Source: Eledone cirrhosa | Taxonomy: Eukaryota | Assembly: GCA_964016885.1 (NCBI GenBank) | Contig: OZ024743.1 | Span: 291,648,001-291,712,000 of the forward strand | Direction of reading: 5' to 3' | DNA: 64,000 nt | In this document: in pieces, positions 29,771 to 42,113 of the stretch | Numbering within the stretch: the stretch's first letter is position 1 | Layout: each line of letters starts with the position of its first letter | Position numbers and translations under genes: made by a program | Notes under the pieces: model-generated | What the model was told of the DNA's origin: nothing | What the model saw: only the letters and a program-made list of their open reading frames with translations | The model's database searches: none

Positions 29771-30723
29771 GATATAAAGTAATGAATAGATTAGTAATAT
29801 AATAACATAATAATTATATACATTGGATTATAATTGGCAAAACCAGTACAGCTATATTTAGATGCATGGCATTAAATTTAATTTTTGAATTCTATGCAAT
29901 GTCAAATTTAATTATCATTATTGTTGAAAAAATTACCAATTGTATTACGTTCTCGCAACAAATACAACTTCTTTTGCACACTTTAGATATCATTGCTATT
30001 ATTAATGCAATTATTTGGGTGTAGTCCATATATCAGCGGATGCTAACTCATTTTACAACCTTCTAATTCATTTCAAATTATCTAACACATATCGTATGGG
30101 TATCATCAGACCCAGCCAACCTCTAAATCACAAACGGTGAGTAATATGAAAAACGTGCCCAAAACTGGGAGAAATGAGGTGAAATGGGCAGATTTTACAA
30201 AATGAAAGCTATACCCTCTTTCAAAAGAGAAGATATCTCTCACCTACCCCAAAATAAGGGGGAGATCTCCACGTCCGATGGGTAGAGTTGACAGGTTTCT
30301 ATCATGAATATACAAATGGGGATTCATCAAACAGCAGTGAGTGTACGAATTCAAACTTAGATATTCATCTTATTTAAATAATATAATAGACCACGTCATT
30401 TAACAACAGTTTCATGTATTTGGTTAGACGAGCAAAAATTCGTGATATTGAACCTCAGTTTTGAAAAGACTACTAAACAAAATATCACACCAGGAATTAC
30501 ATTATAGAATAATCAGAATTTGAAGAATGCAAGAATAGACACATAGGTGTCAATACATCTGTATATATCGAGCTATACATGTGTCCGTTAGACCAAAAAT
30601 TCGAATAGAAACATGTTTTCATCACAACCCTTTATAGGTCTTCCAAGACACTGTAATCGACACACACACAAGCGCAAAATGTTGACAACGAGAATACACA
30701 CACAGACACACAAACGCGCACAC

Positions 30724-30769
<46 letters not shown>

Positions 30770-30773
<4 letters not shown>

Positions 30774-31680
30774 ATAATAATACATTTCAAGACTAAAATC
30801 CAATAAGGATAAATATATATCAAATATATAAGAACCGTAGAGCAAATATTTATTAAAATAACAGATTAAAGTTTAAGCAAAAATCGCTGCTTTCACCCTT
30901 AACGGGATCTTCTGAAACTAACAAAGTCAATCTGTAAACGCAGAAGTGGATATTTCAAACAACGTTGCAACCGGAGGAAGACAGGAAGATGATACTTTGG
31001 TTCGTGGAAACGTTCGCTGGCAAAGAACGGGAAAAAACGAATAAGATACGTCATTAATAGGAGCGGTGAAAAACAATTACGCGCAAAGACAGAACCACGT
31101 TTATGGTATAAAAGAGGTCGTAGACTAATGTTCTCTTAGGTGGTTCATAGAGACGTTCACTGGCAATGAACGTGTATGTATTTATTTATTTCTATTACTT
31201 CTGTATTGTATTTATTTACTTTGTTCTTAACTCTGTAGCGGAGATTCATTCGGTCTCCTAGTTAGAATTTTAGTCTACGACTTCTGCTATATCAATTACG
31301 TGGTTTTGTCTTGGCGTGCTATTGTACTCCAGGATCCACATACGACGTATTATCTTCGTTTTTTTCGTTCATTGCCAGTGAACGTCTCTATGAACCACCT
31401 AAGAGAACATTAGTCTACGACCTCTTTTATACCATAAACGTGGTTCTGTCTTTGCGCGTAATTGTTTTTCACCGCTCCTATTAATGACGTATCTTATTCG
31501 TTTTTTCCCGTTCTTTGCCAGCGAATGTTTCCACGAACCAAAGTATCGTCTTCCTGTCTTCCTCCAGTTGCAACGTTTTTTTAAATATCCACTTCTGCGT
31601 TTACAGATTGACTTTGTTATTTTCAGAAGATCCCGTCAAGGGTGAAAGCAGCGATTCTTTGCTTGAATTTTAATCTGTTA

Positions 31681-31687
<7 letters not shown>
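30770..31687. mobile_element. ORF-less fold-back element with ~320-bp inverted arms
   Basis: 30850-31172 is the reverse complement of 31367-31687. HHR-like CAGAAGA-TCCC gttaa GGG-T-GAAA in each arm. Flanked by (TA)n. Deleted sister copy at 33392-33557. Confidence 0.85.
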
Positions 31688-31774
<87 letters not shown>

Positions 31775-31939
31775 TATAGGATAACAAGACATCGTTATAG
31801 GTGATCCAATTAGAGGTTGTGAATACTTCTTATTATGGATAGCTTTAGCGTACGGCGTTGTTTGACTCAACAAGAGGTTTACGTAGATGACGAGTTTATG
31901 ATTTCACTTGTATTCCTATGTAAGTTTATCTTGGAGTAA

Positions 31940-33150
31940 TATAATTGAAAACGTGGAGAATATCATGGTCAACAGTACAAACAAGGGGATTTATTTGCAG
32001 TCTAGTTTCACTGATAGAGTTGTTTAAAAATTGCTGAACACTAAAAGCTGTGCCACTCAATTTTAAATACGTTGTTAACTCTACTAGATCATCGGAAACT
32101 GATCAAAACGTATATGTGAAACCGGCAAATTTACAAATACAAATTACATCATCAATAATAATATTAATAATAAAGATAGTGAGAGAAAAGGAGGAAGAAA
32201 GGGAGATAGTAATAAAGAAGAAGGAAAAATAAAAAGAAAAAGAAAAATAGAAAGAAGAAGAAAAAGAGAAATTATTATAGATAGAATTATAAAGAAAGGA
32301 AGATATATAGAATATCATGGTGTATATATGAGAGACAAACGTAAATAAGTATAAACGTATGATAGCGAGAAGAGAAGAAGGATAGAGGGACAAATAGATG
32401 AATAAACGTTAATGCGTAAATAAATGTAAATAAATGTAAATATATATATATAAAAAAAATGTCTGAAAAAATGGTGAAAATATGGTAATGTAAAATATAT
32501 TTATGTGTGTATTGGTTATTTTAATAAATAAATAAATTAATTAGTTTTAAGTTATATTATATGATAAATTAAATTGACAGATATGAGATAAATTTAGGGA
32601 GAGACATATTAAGATAAAGAGTGAAAATATATATATATAAAATATTTGTTTATATATATATTTATATTTTAATTTAAATGTATTTACGCATTAATGTTTA
32701 TTCATATATTTGTCCCTTTATCCTTCTTCTCTTCTCTCTGTCATACGTTTATTCTTATTTACGTGTCTCTCTCATATATACACCATCATATTCTACATAT
32801 CTTTCTCTCTTTATATTTCTATCTATAATAATTTTTCCTTTTCTTCTTCTTTCTCTTTTTCATTTTCTTTTTCCTTCTTCTTTCTTTACTATCTCCCTTT
32901 CTTCCTTCTTTTCTCTCTATATCTTTATTATTAATATTATTATTGATGATCTAATTTGAATTTGTAAATTTGCCGGTTACACATATATGTTTCGATCAGT
33001 TTCTGATGATCTAGTAGAGTTAACATCGTATTTAAAATTGAGTGACACTGCTTTTAATATTCAGCAATTTTTAGACAACAATTGTTAGACTGCAAATAAA
33101 TCCCATTTTTTGTACTGTTGACCATGTTATTCTACACTCTTTCAATTATA
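31940..33150. repeat. Large inverted repeat (~480-bp arms, ~200-bp spacer)
   Basis: 31940-32450 is the reverse complement of 32645-33150. Confidence 0.85.
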
Positions 33151-33249
33151 TATATATATAACCAAAATTAAATAAAGGACGTCATGTCTGAGAAACATTC
33201 GGCATAACCTCTGTAGATTCAAAGATTTCAATGAGTAGATCTGAGCATT

Positions 33250-34323
<1,074 letters not shown>

Positions 34324-34881
34324 GGATCGATACGATATTATAATACATAAGAACCGTATATATTTCCTCAAACTTATCACTCAATGATAACAGTGTTAAA
34401 CCTGAATTAGAGCATACTCTCTTTCATACAGTCGTGAAGCAACACTTCTCAAGCGAAATATACTAAGGCTATCAATAAAATTAACATTAAAACATTAAAA
34501 TAAATTATATTGATCCATAACTCGTGCTTTAAATTCACCCAATATATTAATGGCATTTAATGAAAATTGCTAATTAACACGTAATTATGAAATAATTTAA
34601 GTGTGGCAAATTTCTCAAAGGGCATTTTGTCTCTAAATGGAGGAAAGAAAATTCCATGAGCCTTTGGAGTCAGACATATGGCTAACTATTAGCAAGTGAT
34701 AGTGTACTTTGGGAAGACAACTCCTATAAAAATACAGTAGTTGTACAATTATTTTTTCTCGACCACCCAAGAGTGAAGCAGATTATTTTATGTGAAGTAA
34801 AATGTATATGATTTTACGTATCTATACCACGCTACAACCCATAAAGGCGTATTATACAACCATCCTTGTACTAGTCACTCA

Positions 34882-34954
<73 letters not shown>

Positions 34955-35132
34955 AGAAGCAAAACATTGCTTATTGTGATTCAGTTTTTGGTTAAGAAAG
35001 CCAGTTTCATGGATGGTTTCAACGTACGGTTAGGGGTAACTCCACAAGTTTGTGAGAATTCCGTTCAATCTTGGAGTATAAAGTATAAAAGAGAAACCAC
35101 AGGTAAGCATTAAGAGAAGGATTTAATCCAGG

Positions 35133-35234
35133 TATTTACGACCGTTTCATTGGTAAGTGCAACCTTATATTGCTATACTGCAAATAGCAGCCACTCAATT
35201 ACGATTGTTGTTCACAGTCCAAATTTTCAAAATA
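35133..35234 (-). ncRNA. Hammerhead motif (U3:A8 core, ~70-nt branched stem II) in the 3' pseudo-LTR
   Basis: Minus: TATT-TTGAAAA-T-TTGG act GTGAAC ... GTTGCAC tta CCAA-T-GAAA-CGGTCG-TA|AATA. Confidence 0.6.
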
Positions 35235-35549
35235 GTGAGTTACTCTTGAAATAATTCTTAATATATAGAGAAAAACATTTATTTGGAATTGTATTTACTA
35301 GTATAGAGAGAGAGGAATCAGGAGGTGAGGTGACAGCCGGCATAGTATAGAGAGAGAGGAAGGGGGAAGAGGTAGGAAGTAGAATGACAAACTGGGGTGG
35401 AGGTAGGGGTAGAGGTGGAAGGATTCTTTGGTCAGTTTTGATAGCAGACATCATGTCGTGGAGTGTAGTGAGTTAAAGAGAATTAAATAGATAATAGTGG
35501 GAGGGATGGATAGAGAGGGAGAGAGAGAGGGGGGGATATAAAGAGATAA

Positions 35550-35582
<33 letters not shown>

Positions 35583-35598
35583 CACACACATACACACA

Positions 35599-35641
<43 letters not shown>

Positions 35642-35645
35642 ACAC

Positions 35646-35703
<58 letters not shown>

Positions 35704-35926
35704 AAATAAAGATAATAATGACAAAAATAAAAGCAGAGAAGGGGGTGAGAAGGAAGAAAAGAAAAGATGCCCAGGAAGGGGGAAGGAAGGAAGAAAACGA
35801 AGAAATAGAAGAGGAATGAGGGAGAAGGGGCGGATATATGTATTGGTTTTGTGGGTAATTAAAGGGTCTAGATATAAGAGGGTATAAAGTCTAAGTATAT
35901 GCAGTTTGTCAGTTGGTAGTAAGAGG

Positions 35927-38284
35927 TTAAGGGTTCGATTTGTAGTGCGAAAATTTCTCTTTGAGTCTATGGTTACAATAAATTGATCTCTCAATTTTAT
36001 TGTTGAGTAACCTATTCTTCGAACTTAAGATGTGGAACAGCTCAAGGTCGCATAATCGACAGCTTATCATACCACTCCGATATGGGGGCGCGTTTGATAA
36101 TTTTTTCCACTTCAGGGTGTATTGATGGTTACTTTCCCTCAGTTGCCAGGTCTTGTTTGCAAGGGTAGTTACATAACGGTGCTGGGAATGTTTCATTGCG
36201 TAACGGTGTGTTTACCAACGAGCTTTAAAAGTATTCCCAGTCGCTCCGATGTAATACCATTTCTGGTTGTCTGATTCTACTGTGCATTGGTAAACCAGGT
36301 TAGACTGCATACATTCATTTTGTAATGGACAGGTTTCCGGTAGGTGGCAGTTACATTTCTTGTTATGGGCAACTTTGGCATTATTTGTGGGCTGCGATGC
36401 TTGAACAAGTGTGTTACGTTTTGTTTGCCTATTAGCGGGTGGTTGTGTATTAGATATTCTGTTGTGTTCGGTGGTAATTGTATTGTTATTGTTGTAAATT
36501 TGTGTTTTGGTGTTGTTATGTATCTTTTTAGCGTTAAGCATCTTAATGTGTGCTTCTATATTTGGTGCCTTTGAGTAGGATATTCTAATAGATTTAGTGT
36601 TAAGGATTTTGCTGTATCTATGTGAATCTGGAAAGTGCCTATTTATTATTCTAAAGAAAGTAGAGGCTAGGTTAGTACTAATAGAGGTGTTAAATATGGG
36701 GTTATACCAAATATATTTTCTACTGCGTGACTTGTTTGATTTCGATGTTGTATTTTTATTTGCGCTATACTTTGCAGTTCTATGCGTAAATGTGTGTATG
36801 CGTGTGTTTCTGGAGTTTGTGTTATGCGTGTTCGTGTGTGCTTCACAGAGGATTTCATCTATATATTCTACTCTATCTAAGTGGCCTGCCTTGTCTAATG
36901 CGGTATTGTAGTATTCTGCATGTTCTTCGAAAATTTGCCGGTTAGATGAGAGGCGGGAGATCCTAAGGGATATGCTGCGTGGAATGGATTTAATTATTGA
37001 TAGTGGGTGGTTTGAGTTACAGTGGCTGTATGCTAAGTTTTCATTAATCTTGTGAAAAGGTCTTATAAGTCCCGTATTTAGGTTAAGCGTCACATCTAGA
37101 AAGTTAACTGTTTTAGTGCTATACTCATACGTTATACTAAGGTCTAGTTTTCCGAGAGTCTTTCTAATATTCTTACGGAGTCTTTCTATGCTCTGGTTAT
37201 TTAGGTTCTTAACTAGGAGAAGGGCGTCGTCTCTGTAGATTCCACCGTGAAGGTCGCTAAACTCGCTTTGTAAACTATGGGCTATGTAAATACCTACTAA
37301 GTCTGTGACTTGAGCCGAGTCGTTAGCCCCCATCGTGATGTCAAAGTTATTTAATCTATCCTTACGTTCCCAATAGGCGTTTTCAAATGTAATTATCGTT
37401 TTCCTAGCAGCTAATATGATTTTTACCTCGTCGTCTGTTATGTCAGAATTGGCTTTGGCGAATGCTAAGGCTTTATCCAAGGTGTTGGGGGATATAGATG
37501 TGTAATAATCGTTAATGTCAAATTGTATAAATTTAGATACTTCTTTGTTAGCTATATTGTTAAACCATTTAATTGGTTCGGTAGCGTTACCCCATAGTTT
37601 AATCACTAGTTTATTCATCATTTGTGCTATCACTCTGTCTAATATCTGTTTACTAATTTTCCCGATGTCCGATTTATATGGGCATATAAGTCTAATAGTG
37701 GGGTTATAGTCAAAATTTACCTTGTGGTCTTTGAGGTTAAATGTGGGGGTACATGGCTTAAGTGGCTCCGTTCTGTCGTCTATTCCTAGGTGTTTGACTA
37801 TATTGTGTGCCTCGTTGTTGATGTTTATCAGTGCCGCCTCATTTGTTTTTTTGTATTTCCTATGTAATTCTTTCCGTATGAAGTTATTGTATGTATTAAC
37901 ATCCATCGTATACACATTTTATGTTTTGTCCGCTTTGACAATAATTCCATTTGTGGTTCGCAGCTTTTTTATGAATGTATTTATGTCATTCTGAAGTTTA
38001 TTATTCCTTCGCCTTTTGAATTTGATATTCATAATCATCTTCAGTAAGTCCTGTTCAAAGGCATCCAGTTGAGGATTGGTAGGTGGGTTTTTACACGATT
38101 TGAAGCCGTATGTTTCCTTGTTATATTCCACGGTGCGAGCATTACGTCCTTTGTCGAAATGGAAAGTTTTCCATCTAACTCTGCGTATAAAGTCGTTTGT
38201 TCGCTGTATCATCCCGAGAGTATACTCCTTTCTCCGAGGTATAGGAATGTTCTTTAGGGACATACATATGTAATGCTTTTCCAT
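35927..38284 (-). pseudogene. PLE RT + GIY-YIG ORF: a single reading frame with two TAA stops (37919, 36212)
   Basis: KADKT, FIQFDINDYY, MGANDS, GIYRDDAL, NFLDV, CNC..CPL, NLVYQC..YYIGAT, CRLCDLE. The three ORF-track pieces are in frame. Confidence 0.92.
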
Positions 38285-38516
38285 AGTAGTACCGTATGTT
38301 TAGGTGGTTGCTCGACCGATAAGGAGCCTGTAGTTAGAGAAGAAAAAAAATTGCTTATTGTGATCCAGTTTTTGGTTAAGAAAGCCAGTTTCATGGATGG
38401 TTTCAACGTACGGTTAGGGGTAACTCCACAAGTTTGTGAGAATTCCGTTTAATCTTGGAGTATAAAGTATAAAAGAGAAAACACAGGTAAGCATTAAGAG
38501 AAGGATTTAATCCAGG

Positions 38517-38617
38517 TATTTACGACCGTTTCATTGGTAAGTGCAACCTTATATTGCTATACTGCAAATAGCAGCCACTCAATTATAATTGTTGTTCACA
38601 GTCCAAATTTTCAAAAT
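38517..38617 (-). ncRNA. Same hammerhead motif in the 5' pseudo-LTR
   Basis: Core and stems identical to 35133-35234. Confidence 0.6.
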
Positions 38618-38924
38618 AGTAAGTTACTCTTGAAATAATTCTTAATATATAGAGAAAAACATTTATTTGGAATTGTATTTACTTGTATATAGAGAGAGGA
38701 ATCAGGAGGTAAGGGGACAGACGGTATAGTATAGAGAGAGAGGAAGGGGGAAGAGGTAGGAAATAGAATGACAAACTGAGGTGGAGGTTGTGGTAGGGGT
38801 GGAAGGATTCTTTGGTCAGTTTTGATAGCAGACATCATGTCATGGAGTGTAGTGAGTTAAAGAGAATTAAATAGATAATAGTGGGAGGGATGGATAGAGA
38901 GGGAGAGAGAGGGGGGGAATATAA

Positions 38925-38963
<39 letters not shown>

Positions 38964-39113
38964 CACATATATATATTTGGACTGTGAACAACAATTATAA
39001 TTGAGTGGCTGCTATTTGCAGTATAGCAATATAAGGTTGCACTTACCAATGAAACGGTCGTAAATGCCTGGATTAAATCCTTCTCTTAATGCTTACCCGT
39101 GTTTTCTCTTTTA

Positions 39114-39218
<105 letters not shown>

Positions 39219-39233
39219 TGTGTGTGTGTGCGT

Positions 39234-39290
<57 letters not shown>

Positions 39291-39496
39291 TTACATTAAA
39301 GAGCCAGCCGTCACAGTTTTCCATTATATTAAACCTGTTAATGAGGCAGTTTGTGTGAAAACAATCTACATTTAGAATCGTTCAGCGGCAGGAAGTTGTA
39401 AATGCGTAAGCTGTAAGTATCAAAGTGAAATATTTTAGGAAAAATAGTGTATTATTTATCATAGGCATATACTGGTAAATATATGTAAATAAATAA

Positions 39497-40080
39497 TTGT
39501 TTCTACTTTTGGCAAAAGCCAGTAATTACCCAATACATTACTGGTACTTTATATTATCGACCCCGTAAGGATGAAAGACAAGTTAACCTCGGCGGGATTT
39601 GAAATCAGAATGGCAACGGCCGTAACTCTATACGTCAAAGCATGGCGTCCGACACTCTACCGACACTGCCAATCCTCCGCCTTGTATATGTAAATAAATA
39701 ATTGTTTCTACTTTAGGCACAAGGCCAGCCATTAACCAGTACATTACTGGTACCTTATTTTATTGACCCCGTAAGGATGAAAGGCAAAGTTAACCTCGGC
39801 GGGATTTGAACTCAGACTGTAAAGGGACGTAACTATGTTGGAAAACATGGCGTCCAACCCTCTACCGATACTGCCAATTCACCGGTAAATAAATAATTGT
39901 TTCTACTTTTGGCACAAGGCCAGCAATTATCCAGTGCATTACTGGTACTTTATTTTATCGACCCCGTAAGGATGAAAGGCAAACTTAACCTCGGCGGGAT
40001 TTGAACTCAGATCATAAAGGGACGTAACTCTATGCTTCAAAGCATTGTGTCCGACTCTCTATCGATACTGCCAATCCACC
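39497..40080 (-). mobile_element. Three head-to-tail SINE family A copies
   Basis: Copies at ~39497-39681, 39702-39883 and 39897-40080, each preceded on + by GTAAATAAATAA. Confidence 0.9.
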
Positions 40081-40335
40081 TTGGATTAACAGTCAGAGAG
40101 ATGTGCAAAATTAGAAATATATAAACTGATAGATAGACAAAATGATAATAGATTGAGAGATGTGATTTAATTTATTATCAGAAACTCAGAAACTTCATAA
40201 AAACAAAGGTAGCTTTAGATAGATGGTGCATGATCACTGGACATCACTGACTACATTTCATGCACGTGATTCAGTGTGGAAGATATCAAACTACTATTTC
40301 TGTGTTAAATTTACCACAAAGTGTGTATCTCATGA

Positions 40336-40492
<157 letters not shown>

Positions 40493-40635
40493 TATATTAA
40501 AGAGTTAAACAAGATTCAATGAGTATATCAAAGAATGAGTTTCACGGTAGATTGGAAGCACTCTACGAATAATAATTATCCAGAGTAATTAATATTAAAA
40601 TACAAATATTAATAAAATAGATGTTCTTTTGATCA

Positions 40636-40698
40636 ATTACATTTTATTATACATATTTCGGAGGTACAACAGTACCTCCTCATCAGACAAAATATAAT
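40636..40698 (-). ncRNA. Type I hammerhead ribozyme
   Basis: Minus: ATTATATTTTGT-CTGATGA-GGAGGTAC tgtt GTACCTCC-GAAA-TATGTA-TA|ATAAAATGTAAT. Confidence 0.85.
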
Positions 40699-40756
40699 GA
40701 TACATGACATACCCTGAGATGTTAAATGGTTAAGATATCAGGGTATGTCATGTATC

Positions 40757-40819
40757 ATTATATTTTGTCTGATGAGGACGTACTGTTGTACCTCCGAAAT
40801 ACGTATAATAAAATGTAAT
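40757..40819 (+). ncRNA. Type I hammerhead ribozyme
   Basis: ATTATATTTTGT-CTGATGA-GGACGTAC tgtt GTACCTCC-GAAA-TACGTA-TA|ATAAAATGTAAT. Palindromic stem III; predicted cleavage after 40807. Confidence 0.85.
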
Positions 40820-40873
40820 TGATCAAAAGAACATCTATTTTATTAATATTTGTATTTTAATATATATATATAT

Positions 40874-40904
<31 letters not shown>

Positions 40905-40933
40905 TTTATTTATATTTTTATTATTATTATTAC

Positions 40934-40966
<33 letters not shown>

Positions 40967-41663
40967 ATATATATGTGTGTGTGTGTGTGTGTGCATGTGT
41001 GTGTGTGTGGGGGGGGAGGGGGGCAGGCAAACGTAGCCTCTTGGCGACTGGATGTGACGATTGGAATTCAAAAAGGTTACGCTAGCACTAAGATGCTATT
41101 TTCTTCTGCGGCGCTAAAACGGTTAAAAGTAAAGTGATGCCAGTGGGATTCGAAACTTTAAAAACAAAACAAACTCTTAAGTTTTTCATGTTACTATACT
41201 CTACATGTGATGTTTACTGCGTCATTAATCAAACTAAATTCATTCATAATATACCAACTAATATTTACTAACAACCATGCATCAGTCTCAATAAGTCTAT
41301 TTCCTTTGATAATTGTTTGCTTTTCAATGTATTTCAGATATAATTTGATTCCTCACAACGTTTTCTTTATTTTCTTTTTGTCATTGGATTTTCACTTGAA
41401 ATATTTTGACTATCACCAGCATACAGAAATATATATTACTTATTGTCATTATTATCATTATTATAATCATGTTTTATGTCTTTTTTCTTTTCTTATATAA
41501 ATAATAAAAATATTTACACGCACAAAACCCACATCGTACCGTCCTGTTCTGTCTGTGATGTTTTTGTGGCCAATAAAGAAATCATTATTATAATCATCTA
41601 TATTGTTATATATATTATTATTATTATTATTGTTTTTATTATTATTAATATTATTATTATTAT

Positions 41664-42069
41664 TCTTTGAGTCTCAGTCATTGATGTTATTTAACTGGAA
41701 AGTTTTTTGAAATGAATATCAAGTCGCTACCTGCAGCCTCAGATTTTCAGGATGTATCGGAGTGTTCATGCTGTTCCCAGCAAGCATGCCTTTTGAGGTG
41801 TTCCAAAAAGCGGGGCTGGACTAATTTTCTTTAACCATCCTTGGAAACTTTTTGAGATAGTCCCTAGTGCGCCTCTCGTGTCAAATGGGCAGGCTACATC
41901 TACAATCAAGCATGATCTTTTTTCCTTGTACAAAACCACTGCGTCAGGCCTATTGAGTTCCAGTTTCATGTCCGTCTGTATCCTAAAATCTCATAGCACC
42001 TTCACCTGATCGTTTTCTATCACCGACTCTGGCTTATGCTCATACCACTTCTCAGTATGTGGTAAATTG

Positions 42070-42070
<1 letters not shown>
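41664..42070 (-). mobile_element. 5'-truncated, internally deleted R4/Dong copy
   Basis: Homologous to the 3' end of the 42114-46361 element; bounded by (TTA)n. Confidence 0.85.
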
Positions 42071-42106
<36 letters not shown>

Positions 42107-42113
42107 GTTGTTA

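Larger units (their letters stand above)
40592..40863. mobile_element. Palindromic mini-element (126-bp arms, 20-nt loop) with one hammerhead per arm
   Basis: 40592-40717 is the reverse complement of 40738-40863, with about 2 mismatches. Between (TA)n tracts. Confidence 0.9.

Noticed and set aside
35927-38284. Stop readthrough or selenocysteine in the PLE ORF
   Set aside because: Both in-frame stops are TAA, not TGA; simple nonsense mutations are more likely.
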